From NCBI RefSeq assembly GCF_048593235.1, contig NC_133622.1, positions 59,706,001-59,770,000 on the forward strand: 64,000 bases of DNA, given 5' to 3'. A program made the translations under genes and the position numbers. The DNA comes from Sminthopsis crassicaudata (lineage: Eukaryota). Under the pieces are notes generated by a model, which was given only the letters and a program-made list of their open reading frames with translations, did not search any database and was not told the origin of the DNA. Below are positions 52,403 through 64,000 of this stretch, in pieces; the stretch's first letter is position 1, and each line of letters starts with the position of its first letter.

Positions 52403-52865
52403 TAGAAGTGCTTTCTACTGAAATAAGAAAAGAAAACAAAATTGAAGGAATTAGTATAGGAAATGAAGAAACAGTCTTTGTAGATGATAAAATGGTAGGT
52501 TTGGAGAATCTTAGAATACCAACTAAAAAGCTAGTTGATATAATTAACGAATTTAGATAAGTCTCAGAAAATAAAATCAACCCAGTGGTTTACTGAGATA
52601 GTGCAAAGTAATGGGCACATAATACATAATGGAAAATCTATTGTTTGCTAAATACAATGATCCCAACTTTGGGGTAAATAACACACTTTTAAAAATTGCT
52701 GGAAAAAAAAAAGTGGGAAACAGGTTGGCAGAAAGTAAGTATAGACCAACATCTCATACTATATAGCTAGATAAGATTTAGATGTGTATAGGATTTAGAC
52801 ATAAAGGATAATACTGAAAACAAATTATGGGAATATAGAATAGTTTAACTGTCATATCTATGGAT
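52020..52865 (+). mobile_element. L1 ORF2 reverse-transcriptase fragments with internal deletions and a (TA)n insertion
   Basis: KENYKPISLMNI, MIIPIDAEK, LEVLSTEIRKENKIEGISIGNEET...DDKMVGLEN and KNCW...IDQHL motifs. Confidence 0.92.
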
Positions 52866-52920
52866 ATACTATATTTTCTTTAAATAGGGACCTTCCATTT
52901 ATGAAATCCAGTCTGATGTA

Positions 52921-53600
52921 GGATTCTGGAAGAATGACAGAATGGGTCACAAAATTCCACGTTTTGCAGATTCCCCCTATAAACAAAACAAAGTTGTGAT
53001 TCACAGCAAATATACACCATTAAAAAATAGTTAACATTTGGGGCAGAACAGGGTCCTCTAATAGCCTGGGAATATCAGAAGAAAGACCCAAGGATTAACA
53101 CATGTGAAGTGTAAACATCTCTGGCTGGCTCCTTAGAAAAAGCCAGTAGAGAATTCTAGGGCAAGGTAGGTATGATAGCCTTAACAGGAAACAGAGAAAC
53201 TTTCAACTCCCAGACTACATGAGGAGCCAGGAATCTGAGTTTGGGTAAATTGAAAGAACCTCAGCTGATTGGAAACACCAGACTCAGCTATGCCATGGAG
53301 AAGCTACCTTATAAGAAAGAATGAGCACATGGGAAAGTGCAGGGATGCTGTTGCCTGTGGACACTTGCAGGAGAAGGGAGTTCATAATTTGCTGTTCCAG
53401 GTCAAAGGGGAGAGCTGAAGTGAAGTTAGAGCCACTGTTCCACCCTCATGATTAGAGATGCTTGCATAATAATTCTCATTTAAAAAAAAAATTAAGCAGG
53501 CCCGCAAACGAGAAAGATTCCAACCATAGACACTTAATATGGGAAAGGAAAGTCCAGGGTTCATTTTCAGAGAATGACACTGAAATTAAAAACAAAAAAC
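52921..53600 (+). mobile_element. L1 5' UTR (second subfamily), no ORF1 following
   Basis: ggattctggaagaatgacagaatgggtcacaaaattcc...gcagattcccc start; gttccaggtcaaaggggagagctgaag internal motif. Confidence 0.7.
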
Positions 53601-53670
53601 AAAAAACAAACAAACAAAAAAAAAAAACCTCTTCTACCCCAGAGTAACATTAAATGTCTATCCACATTAA

Positions 53671-53721
<51 letters not shown>

Positions 53722-54115
53722 CCAAAAGAAGAATGTTAATCTCTTCTATTATTTTATATGCTTTCTTGAAATGGAAAAATTTTCTTACATATTTTGAAGT
53801 TTCCATGATGTTTTGCTGAGCACATGGCAATTTAAAAAAAAAATTTTCTCTCTTTATTTTTCTAAAGTCTTTTTTGTTCTTATTTTGTTTTAATTTAATT
53901 TTATTATTTTTAAATTATTATTAATTATTTTATTATTTTTTATTTTAATTTTAATTATTTTATTAATTTTTAATTATTTAATTTAAAAATTGGGAAAAGA
54001 AAGCAAGTCAATCTGAAAATGTTTTTCATTTTTATTCTTCTTCTGAATTTTACTTTATGGAGTGCAATTGTTGGCAATATGCAGGCAACTTGTGAGAAGC
54101 ATGTGTGTGCATACA

Positions 54116-54149
<34 letters not shown>

Positions 54150-54155
<6 letters not shown>

Positions 54156-54700
54156 TGCTGCACAAAAAAAAAATCAGATCAAATAGGAAGAAAAAAGCTG
54201 AAACAAAATTCAAGCAAATAGCAACAGAGAGTGGGAATGCTATGTTGTGGTCCATACTCAGTTCCCACTGTTCTTCTGTCTTTGAATGTAGGTGGCTGTC
54301 TTCATCACTGGTTTGAATCATGTCATTGTTGAAGAGAGCCACATCGATCAGAATTGTCATATAGTCTTCTTGTTGCCATGGATCTTCTGGTTCTGCTCAT
54401 TTCACTTAGCATCAATTCATGTAATTCTGTCCAATCCTCTCTAAAATCATCCTGCTGGTCATTTCTTACAGAACAATAACATTCCATAGCATTCATATAC
54501 CATAATTTATTTAGCCATTCTCCAATTGATGAGCATCCACTCAGTTTCCATTTTCCACTACAAAAAAGGCTGCCACAAGCATTTTTGCACATGTGGGTCC
54601 CTTTCCCTCCTTTAAAATCTCTGTGGGATATAATTATAGTAAAAACACTGCTGGGTCAAAGGGTATGCACAGTTTGATAACTTTTTGAGCATAGTTCCAA
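54150..54700 (-). mobile_element. L1 3' end (dasyurid-type); its ORF2 C-terminus is ORF 54323-54592
   Basis: GKWKLSGCSSIGEWLNKLWYMNAMECYCSVRNDQQDDFREDWTELHELMLSEMSRTRR, plus a typical 3' UTR. Confidence 0.95.
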
Positions 54701-55949
54701 AGAGAAGTGTGTGTATTTAGCAGAACTCATTAAGTCAAGTATGACATTTCTGTATCACATGCATATATCTTCATATGTATATGTGTGTATACATATGCAC
54801 AGTCATGTATATTTATCCCTTGATTCTGCTTTCAAGTTTTAATTTCTGTTAGTGAGGAACTTACCCTTCTTGATTCCAACAATTTCCTCTCAAAGGTAAA
54901 TCTCATCCTCCAGGTTAAAGTTCTTCCTAGCCTTCTAATTCCTCCTAAGATGCCTTGATCTAGACTGTATTAAGTAAGTGCCTGCAAACATTTTCCCCAT
55001 CAAATTTTCCTCTAGGGTATAAAATTTCTACCGACAAAAGTTGAGATGACTCAAAACTGAACTGGTGGTTCAGACTGTTGATTGACATTCCTGGTTGTTT
55101 AATAATAGTATAGATTTATTGTCAGTAAGTGAGAACCTAAGGTCTGAGCTGCTGCTTGAGGGCCTGCTATAGCTAAATTTAATATTATGGATACTGATTG
55201 ACATGTATTCTTCTTTATCTTTTTAGTAAACCTTGCTTCACTTCGGAATTGAATGTTTCTCCTGTACAACATTTCATATAGCCTGTATCCTGTGATTTGA
55301 AATCAATTTATGTTTGACTTGGGTTAGTAACAGGAGTGGAGAACAAAGGGTAGATGTCTTGAGACCAGCTAGAAAGTGATGCACAATTTCTTTTTTGAAT
55401 AGCTTAAGAATTTTGGGGGGGTAATATTTCAACAGTTGTTTGAAGTACATAAAGGGACCTTACAGACTGAAGTAGATTGGGGTATTCCAGGAAATATCCT
55501 TTAATAAGGATAGGTAATAGGATGAGTATATGTTATATAGATCTATATGTATAAACCATGGGATCAGAGGTATAGACTTTAAAGAAACAATATATTTTTT
55601 CGAGGTAGTACAATATAACCTGTTTATTAACTTGTGTTTATTCAGCTTTTTGTCATCTTACTTTGATATATTTGTAGACTTTGTGCTTTCCCCCCTCCCT
55701 CTTCTGTAAGAGAAAACTTGATATAGTAGATAGAATGATGGACTTAAAGTTGTAATGATTTATGTTCAAGTCCCTGCTTTGATATGTACTAGCTGAGAAG
55801 CTGAGCAAATAATTTAATCTGTATTTGTCTGAAACAACTTCTGTAATTTGTAATAGAAAGGTTACCATCTATCTCTTTGCAATATTTTCATATCATAACC
55901 TCCTTATATTTAAACATTAATTTGTTTGTGTGCGTGTGCGTGTTTAAGA

Positions 55950-56120
55950 GAGAGAGATAGACAGAGAGAAAGCAAGAGAGACAGATAGAAACAGAGAGAA
56001 GGAGAGAGGGAAGGAGGGAAGAAGGGAGGAAGAGAGACAAGGAAAGAGGGAAGTAAGGAGGGAGGGAGAGACAGTGACAGAGGGAGAGAAAGTGAGAGAG
56101 AGAAAAAAGAGAGAGAGAGA
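55950..56120. repeat. (GA)/(GGAA)-rich purine tract
   Basis: Direct reading. Confidence 0.9.
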
Positions 56121-57669
56121 AATTTCTCTTCATTAAAAAAAAAAAAAAAACAGGAATCCTGTACTTACCTCTTTTACTTGCTGTGGTTCACTAGAAGCCT
56201 TTTAGGCCTGGTTTCATGTTGGGATGAAATGAGGCATATATGAGATTTACTTTGTTCTAAGAGAGTAAAGCTATACAACAAGAAAATAGTGTTATTTAGT
56301 ATCTCTCAACATTATCCCCTTAGTTTCCACTGAGAAATATGTCTGGTCAATCAGTCATCACACTATAGTCACTCTAGTGATCTAGGGCACCTGACAAGGG
56401 AGTTTCTAAGGAAACTAGATGTAAAGGTTATATGGGGGTTAAGGAGGAAGAAAAGCTATATCAAGGTAAATGAAGCTGTATCAGGAAACTATTGTCCTAC
56501 CACATCAATTCATGACCATCCAGGACTTCAAGTTGTCAAGGTAATTTTACATAACAAGATATTCTTCACTATACCATCTACATCACTCAAGTTGATAGCA
56601 GCAAAAAATTCATGAACATTTTGTGAAGCAAGTCTTGAAAACAATGTGTTACTAGTTCTAGGTCTGAAATCTTTAGAAGTGTATTTGACAGGTGTTTTAT
56701 ATGCTGCCAAAAAACTACTAGCCTGAGTTCCAATACCTTTTTAAAATTAGTACTCATAGAATAATATTTATCTATATAGCTTTCTCTTATTTTCCTATTT
56801 TTTCTAGCTGAATTTTTCTAATTTCTCATATTGCTATAATTCACCCTTGGGAATCACTCACGCAACTCATACTATCACTGGGCACTCGGGTCTCCACAGG
56901 AGTTACTACTACAGCTACTAGATAGCTTTTGAAACTTAATCTGTAAATCCTTACCTTGTTTTTTCAAACACTGGGACAGAAGAATCAGCTAGTTTTTTTG
57001 TTTGTTTGTTTGTTTTTTTATTTTTTTTTGTTTTGTTTTTAACAAAGGCATCTTCAAATAGCATGGTAAGAACAATAATTAAAATTTCCCATAGATACAC
57101 CACATGTTTTATGTATGTTGGGCTTTGTGGTTATGGATTTGAAGTTCAAAGAACTGAGGCACGCATTTATACAACTTATATGTCTAATACAACTTCCAAT
57201 TACGGAACTACAAAGAATCAATATCCTTATGTCCTTTCTTGTTCCAAAGTAGTCTTTTATATAAGATAGTCTTAGTTATAAACTACTCTGCTATGATACC
57301 TGGGATGTCATAATTTAATTACTATGTTGCTCCTCATAAGGCTGTATTGCTGCTTCACTGAAAGATTGCGGTCAATTTTTATGTTGGTTTCTCATCTTGT
57401 TGTATCCATTAAGCTTGGGTGGTACCTGGCAGATCTCTGAAAAGCAGTTGCCAGATAGAGCCAGGCAGGCAACTATGTTACTATGCAATTACTGCCAAAT
57501 GTGTCTGGGCAGGCTACTCTGTTGCTGGGCTTTTCTCAGAGTATGGTATTTCTCTGGTAGCCAAGATGATCCACTTGACTCTTGGGCTTACTCTTTCATT
57601 GGCAATTCCAATTTTCTTTCACATTCAGCCACTAACTAGCATTATGCATTTTTCAACAAGAGTGTAATA

Positions 57670-58370
57670 AAGCCACCTCACACCTACATATTGGCTAAGA
57701 TGACAGGAAAGGATAATGATCCATGCTGGAGGGGATGTGGGAAAACTGAAACACTAATGCTTTGTTGGTGGAGTTGTGAAATGACCTATGCCTAAAAGAC
57801 TATCAAACTGTGCAGTGCCATTACTGGCTCTATATTCCAAGTAAATCAGAAAGAAAGGAAAAGGATGCATATGTGCAAAAATGTTTGTGGCAGTTCTTTT
57901 GGTGGTAGCAATGAATTGGAAAATAAGTAGATGCCCACTAGTTGTGGAATGATTGAATAAGTTACAACATATGAAGATAATGGAATATTATTGTTTTATA
58001 AAAAAGATGAACAAGCTGGTTTTAGAAAGGCCTGGAAAGATTTACAAGAACTGATGCTGAAGGAAACAAGTAGAACCAGGAATACCTTGTACAAAATAGC
58101 AATAAGAATGTGTGATGATCAATGATGAGACTTGGTCCATCTCAGTGGTTTGATAAACCAAAGCAATCCCAAAAAACTTTGGATAGAAAATGCCATCTGC
58201 ATCCAGAAAAAAAGTAAGGAGACTGAATATAAATTATCCCAAGCCATGTTCACTTATTTTTTTTCTGTGCTTTTTAAACAATCTCTCCCATGATCTTTCC
58301 TTTTTTCTCTGAGTTTTCTTTCTCAACATGATTCATAAAGCAATATGTATTAAAATAAATAAATTAATAA
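57670..58370 (+). mobile_element. 5'-truncated L1 3' end with an A-rich tail
   Basis: HLTP...LAKMTGKDNDPCWRGCGKTETL zinc-knuckle region, then 3' UTR and aaaataaataaattaataaaa. Confidence 0.93.
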
Positions 58371-58669
58371 AATTATTTTAAAGTTATTTCAACAAATTTA
58401 ATGATCTTTCCTTTAGGATTCTTTTCCTTCTTTAATAGCTTCAATTCTAAGGAAATGGGAGGCTTAATTCTACTTTCAACCAATTCTTACTCACTCAAAA
58501 ATCCCTCCATGTTTGCGTAGGGCAAATAGTTTCATTCATTTTCACTTAATATGATCCTTTTAAAGTCTTAGATAGATGAATGGACTCAGCCAAAAATATG
58601 AATGTAGACTACACCAGGAAGGTAGGTTCTTTATTAAATTGACCTCTTCAAGGGCAATTAAAGTGTTCA

Positions 58670-59150
58670 AGCTTTCCATCTTTTCCAGGTAGATAACACC
58701 TGTTCTGTCCTGAAGATTTACTTTACTTTTTTTTTTCTTTACTTTTCAGTGTCTAACTCTTTTAGCTCCTTCAAACCTTCAGCTAGTTAGTTTCCCTCCT
58801 ATAAAATCTTCTTTATCACTCTCACTATTCATTGTCTTTCTTCCCCTTAATCCATCCAATTTGTATTTACTTGCACTAAGGTACTACAGTAGATAGAAAG
58901 CATGAAGTCTTAACTTCAAGTTCTGAAACAGACATAAGCTACATGTATGATCTCTGAATAATTTATTCAACCTTTCCATGTTTCAGTTTTTTCATCTCTA
59001 ATACTCAGTACTGATTTCATGGTATTATTGTGAGTATTAAATGTTTTAAAATATATAAAACATTTTTCAAAGCTTAAAGTACTATAGCAATACTTTGTTC
59101 ATATAATTATCTTTGTATATATTGTATCTCTCTCAGTTGAATATAAGCTT
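58670..59150 (+). mobile_element. L2 fragment interrupted by a MIR (about 58875-59075)
   Basis: L2: ttttagctccttcaaaccttcagct...cctataaaatcttc and ttgtatatattgtatctctctcagttgaatataagctt. The MIR head and core lie between them. Confidence 0.6.
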
Positions 59151-60041
59151 TAACTTTCCTTCAGTTGTCCTGACGTCAAATTCTTCACTAATCTGAGGAC
59201 TCCAGATCTCTTTTAACTTTTTTCCCAAAAAATAACAATTAGGACAAATTTTGAGAAAAATATGCATAAGTAGTCAAATTCTTAGGTTGACCATATCCAT
59301 AAAAATATGTCAGGTAATGCATTTTTCTTATATTCTTTCTTTATCTCATTCTTCATCACTGGTCCCCTAATATCTTGTTTGATTATTGGGCTGATTGGGC
59401 ATTATATTTGTCTTTATTCGTATTGGCAGTGTTCAACAGAATGTTTGAGGGATGCTTGTATTGTCCTCACAGGCTTCCACAAACTTTGTTAAATACTGTG
59501 GAAGCTCTCAGTAAAGAAAAGGGAAAGATTCTGTCCCACTGCCCCTTGCCCACTGTGATTATCAAAACAGGGGATAACCTGTGTAGTTTGTCTGATTACC
59601 CATCTATCTGCTATCACAGACCCCAGCAGTCCTACTAAGGCCTTTTAAGAGTTATTGGAGATCTAATTACTGTCTGGACACTAAAGCTGAAAGCTTTAGT
59701 TGGACTTGAGACACTGTGTCAGTGAGATATCACCTTCCACTTTGTTGAAACTGACTCTATCCTCTGCAGAAAAGCTCTAAACCTTGGCTACCTAGTATAA
59801 AGTTCTAACTCAGGATCCTTCATTAGCTGTAAGAAGATATGCCCATCCACTGACTTGAATTTTAGGATCCAAACATGACCTTGATAAGCATAAATTGGGC
59901 ACCCTCTCCCTCCTCTATTTAGAAACCCATCCAACAACTGATAAAGAACCCTATACAAAACCCCCACTTTATTTGGACATCATGCTTTAAATCAGCTTTT
60001 AAAAGAAATACCACTAAACCTGATCTCCTTTACTCTCTCAC

Positions 60042-60184
60042 TTTTTTTTTTGGCTAAGTAATTGAAATTACTAACCTGCCCTGGGTCATATAGCTACTAA
60101 GTGTTAAGTATCTAGGGCTGGATTTGAACTCAAGGTCTTCTAACTCCAGGAACAGTGCCCTATGCACTGAGTTATATACTTGTC
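60042..60184 (-). mobile_element. WSINE1-type SINE, diverged
   Basis: T10, then ggctaagtaattg...tgccctgggtcatatagctactaagtgttaagtatctagggctggatttgaactcaaggtcttctaactccagg. Confidence 0.85.
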
Positions 60185-60189
60185 TGAAA

Positions 60190-61430
60190 ACCACCGACTT
60201 ACTATTAGTCTTAGTCCCAGAGACTAAGAAATGACCACCAAATTTATTCTATTTGATTTTGGCCAAGGAATCCTGTGCTCATTAAGTGGCTGAGAAAGAT
60301 CCTAGATAGGGATGATGCAGGGATTTTGCACTAGACTTTAAGAGATAATTTAGTCTTGGAACTGACTTCCACCACTTTTCTTAGACCTTAGATTTGAGAA
60401 TGATGGAATAGAAAGGAGTTTCTTAGCTGTACTAATCAGCCCTTGCCAAGGTTCCCTGGGATTGGGGAAGGGGAAGATGGGAAACTCATACCCTGCTCTT
60501 TGTCTAAAAGTCTCATAGACTTGCTTACTAGCTGATGCCAAATGCCATATCTAGATGGTTATGGGCTAGAACTTGAAACAAGGTGCTAATGCTTATGTAC
60601 TTAGCTCACACCTTTAAAGGAGTTTACATCTTTAAAGGAGTTCATACATTAGTTCACACCTATAGAGAGCATATATAAGGAGGAGCTCACAAGCCCACTA
60701 AAGGATAAGCCTACTCTTGGACTTCTGGGAGATTCACAAGTCACAAGTCCATAAACCCACCCTCTGGGAGGAGGAGTCAAGATTCATTCCAACTTCCACC
60801 TTTGTGCTGGCTGGAGACATTCGGAGAGAGTTCTCAGAACCAAGGAGAGAGATAGACCTCTAAGAAAGCTAGCCAGGCCCAGGAAAAGAGACAAGACTTT
60901 AAAGGAAAAAAAAATAAAGGATTTGGACTTTAATCCCTGGCTGCATTTGAGGTGATTATTGAAACTAAACTGAAAGGAAGGCTGCCTCCAGAAGCTCCCC
61001 AAGAAACCTGCTCCCAGAGAACATTATACTTTAGAGAAGAACATTATATCCCCCATCCTGTTAGAACCAGATCCATAGTCCTGTTCCCACTCTCAGCACT
61101 CTGATTCTGACCCTGCCTTGGTCTGGGCCACGTATATATATATGTCATTGAGAACTCACATTGGTTGCTGGATTCTTGGAGACAATAATCTCATTCAGCC
61201 CTGGGGCCAAATCTAGATGATACTGAATCTAGGAGACCTATCCATTAATTGAAGTACAGGTAGACTTGAAACCAAGCACCAACAGATCAGATCACCTATC
61301 ATCCTGCTGAGACTAAATTGTGCCCTCTCAAAGCAATTGTCATTTGAGAAGCTCAATAAATTTCTGTCCCAATCTCTAGCCACCATCCTCATTTGTGTAT
61401 TGGCTCTCTCAGAAGATAATCTCCTCCAAA
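60190..61430 (+). mobile_element. LTR-like host sequence split by the LTR at 60557-61048
   Basis: GC-richer, with TATA-like gtatatatata near 61132 and ctcaataaa near 61352 followed by U5-like sequence. Ends not defined. Confidence 0.4.
60557..61048 (+). mobile_element. Solitary LTR of a common dasyurid-type family
   Basis: Starts (t/g)gttatgggctagaacttgaaacaaggtgctaa and ends agagaagaacattata. AATAAA near 60912. TSD not recovered. Confidence 0.75.
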
Positions 61431-61715
61431 TTGAGAATTGTCTTTTTTATTATTTCAATTTGAATTGAATTTGGATTATAGCTTACATCTGTTTCAGTAC
61501 TTGAATTTTATTATTTGAATCAAAATTTAAATTATTATTAATTTGAATTATTTAAAGACATTTACATAGCTTAATTTGAATTTATTATTTGAATTACTTT
61601 ATAATCTTAATTCAAATTATCTGAATTTGAATTTGAAGGTGCTTAGCACAGTGCTGGACTCTTATAAACTTGTAGATGTTTATTTCATTCATTCAGTTAA
61701 AAAGTTATTTAAATA
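61431..61715 (+). mobile_element. L2 extreme 3' end interrupted by an AT-rich TTTGAATT repeat
   Basis: ttgagaattgtctttt...[repeat]...gtgcttagcacagtgctggac...tgtttatttcattcattc. Confidence 0.6.
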
Positions 61716-63169
61716 AATGTGTCACTAATTTGTTCATGACTGTTTAAAACTGTGGAGATTGTTTGTATTGGGATATCTTCTAAATATTAAAATAGACACC
61801 CATGTATGGCTACAAATAAACAATACAAGCTTTATTATTGTAGCTGAACTATGAATAAATTGGACTGGGCTTTTGGAGATTTCACATTGCCAAATTCTTT
61901 TGACATCTACTTAATACAGGTACATGGCTAAGACCTGGATAGGGAGAAGAAATTATGCAAAATGAGAAGGCTTCATTGACTGGAAGGAAGGACCAAGTCA
62001 ATTAGTTAATATCTCTCAAAATATTGAAATGTACTTGAACAATCTTACATTTAATTTTCGATTGTAATCATTTTTACAATGACAAGTAAAACATTAAGTT
62101 CCTATTTTAATCACAGACTTCTATTTTGTTGGGGGGGGAGAAGTTAATAGGCCCATATTATTTTACTCTTTAGTGCAGGACAGAATTTCACATTTCAGTC
62201 TTCTTGCTTTTGTTGTTACTTTTCAGACTGTTTACATTTTCCAACATCTTCTGTTTACTGGTCCCATGCTGTTGCTCTTCATTGTAGCTAACTCTAGCTT
62301 TTTGCCATGAACTGCCCAATTGATGTGTTTCCTGCTGTTTTTCCTCATTGTTAGAGTTTGAGTATTAGCTTTACTAACCACTGGAGAACTGGCCGTTGGC
62401 AGTACTGTCTGTGGGGAGGCCAGGTGCTCCATGCATTCTGCAGAATGCTTTCTCTACTCCATTAGCCTGAAGTTTTTATGAGATCCTCTGAGATTGGTTG
62501 AATATACCAGGCAGACCTTGAATAAAACAAATTTATTTACTTAGTTTGAAACTTTATTGCCCAAATCATATCTTTTTTGGACTGTCCTTGAACATTTTTA
62601 TATTTCCTTATTTATTTTTAAACTGTTAACATGCTGTTTGTTTCAGAGTATTTTATTGTGTATGAAAGCTATAGTGGGTTATTTTGAATTTTCTTCCTTA
62701 TTTATGCAATTTCCTTTATTCTGCATTAAGACTGAGAAGCACATTTGGGGACAGAATTTATACAAGAATGCCTGAATGGCTATTTTAAAATTTAAAATGT
62801 ACTTAATAGAATTCCACAAATTGTTGAGTGCAGTTGAGGTCAAGAAACACTTAGTAAGTACTACTAACTATATGGTATTGGGTTTGGTCATAGGGACTGA
62901 GAATATATTCACAAAAAAAGAAGAAAAATTACTAATAAGTTTGCATTATACTTGGGGAGGAGGGAAATTGTGTAAGAAAAGCAGAAATTGAAAAGGTAAA
63001 TTGAAGAACAATAGATTATTCACAACTAGGGGATTATTAGACATTTACATAGCCTAAGAATATATGCTAACTATTGTTATTATTATTATACTGATGAGGA
63101 GGTTTTTTATTAATACATTAGTTATTATGTAATCATGAGCTTCTCTTTGGATGATATTATTTTCAATTC

Positions 63170-63450
63170 TGAAACTGTAATGTAGCATGAATCAGATTTC
63201 CACATAAGGAATTATGGATGAGAACAATGGTAAAGGATATCATCAAGACATATATGAACAAAAGAATGATGTTTTGTTGTATGAGAGAAGAAACAACCAA
63301 TGGAAAATTTATATATTTCAATGGAATATTCAGGGTATCAAGGAAAAGTGAAGAATCACAATATATCTGGTGCACTTCATTTGATGAATTTATAGTAATA
63401 TATGGATGGGAGTCACACAATATATGTAGGAATAAGTGGGTTTCAATATA
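63170..63450 (+). mobile_element. RTE-clade LINE 3' fragment
   Basis: gtaaaggatatcatcaag (VKDII) and atatggatgggagtcacacaa match the marsupial RTE 3' end. Source of ORF 63218-63493. Confidence 0.65.
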
Positions 63451-64000
63451 CATTTTTGCAAAGAATGACTACCTTGATAAATCTTTTGAATAGTGGACTA
63501 TTTAGAAGCAAATAAAGAAACAGAATTGGAGAATTTAAGTGGTATGCTCACAGTTGCAGAAGTAGTTATAGATGGATTTGAACACAGGTTTCTCCTGCTT
63601 TCAATTCAATCATTGCAATGAAGTTTAGTCTCCTTCAGAAGTTTTAAAAATAAATTTTATTTTTACTCTTCTTTTCTATGACATTTCCCCTTCACTTTAA
63701 ATTAGCCATGTTAAAGGAATTAAAGGGAAAAAAGAGGTAAATATTATTTATGCAAAGAGAAAAGAGGAAGAGATGTAATTATATAGAAAATGTATACCAA
63801 ATTGAGAAAGAATATAATTTTAGGGATCATTTACTACTAGGGAATGCAAACATGACTAAGTAATGGTTCCTGTTTTCAAGGAGATTGCAGTATAAAAGGT
63901 AAATGATATACTTGTTTTCATAGATGTTTTCCATATTTTCCTGAATTCCTTTATTATTTTTCTTAGCAAAATACTCATCTACCATGCATATAACAGCTGG

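Noticed and set aside
57420-57500. Minus-frame LPGSIWQLLFRDL resembling parvovirus capsid motifs
   Set aside because: Spacing to the downstream capsid motifs does not fit, so it is treated as chance
1-64000. CRISPR arrays, operons, rRNA/tRNA genes, NUMTs, CpG islands
   Set aside because: None seen. The sequence is vertebrate, repeat-rich and CpG-depleted, and the only tRNA-like boxes belong to SINE heads.

Overview
AT-rich, CpG-depleted mammalian genomic DNA with four N gaps. The repeat content (WSINE1/MAR1/MIR SINEs, marsupial-type L1 5' and 3' ends, L2, L3/CR1, RTE, Tigger1-like elements and an OC1/OposCharlie1-type hAT MITE) points to a marsupial, most likely a dasyurid such as the Tasmanian devil; this is my inference from repeat recognition. 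I recognise no host protein-coding exon, tRNA, rRNA or CRISPR array. The supplied ORFs are either chance or low-complexity frames, or decayed L1/RTE coding remnants, so the window looks intergenic or deep-intronic. The best-supported structures are an OC1 MITE with a perfect 8-bp TSD, a solo LTR with a perfect 5-bp TSD nested in a Tigger1-like element, a 77-bp palindromic mariner-type MITE, and a multi-layer L2/MIR/LTR/SINE nest near 59-61.7 kb. More speculative are a Hox/Pbx-motif-rich candidate enhancer (0.5-0.9 kb) and an unassigned coding-like 620-bp segment (57.0-57.7 kb) that may be a retrocopy or endogenous viral element. I found no convincing novel multi-gene system. Repeat family names are by-eye matches to remembered consensus sequences. 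Boundaries without TSDs are approximate.
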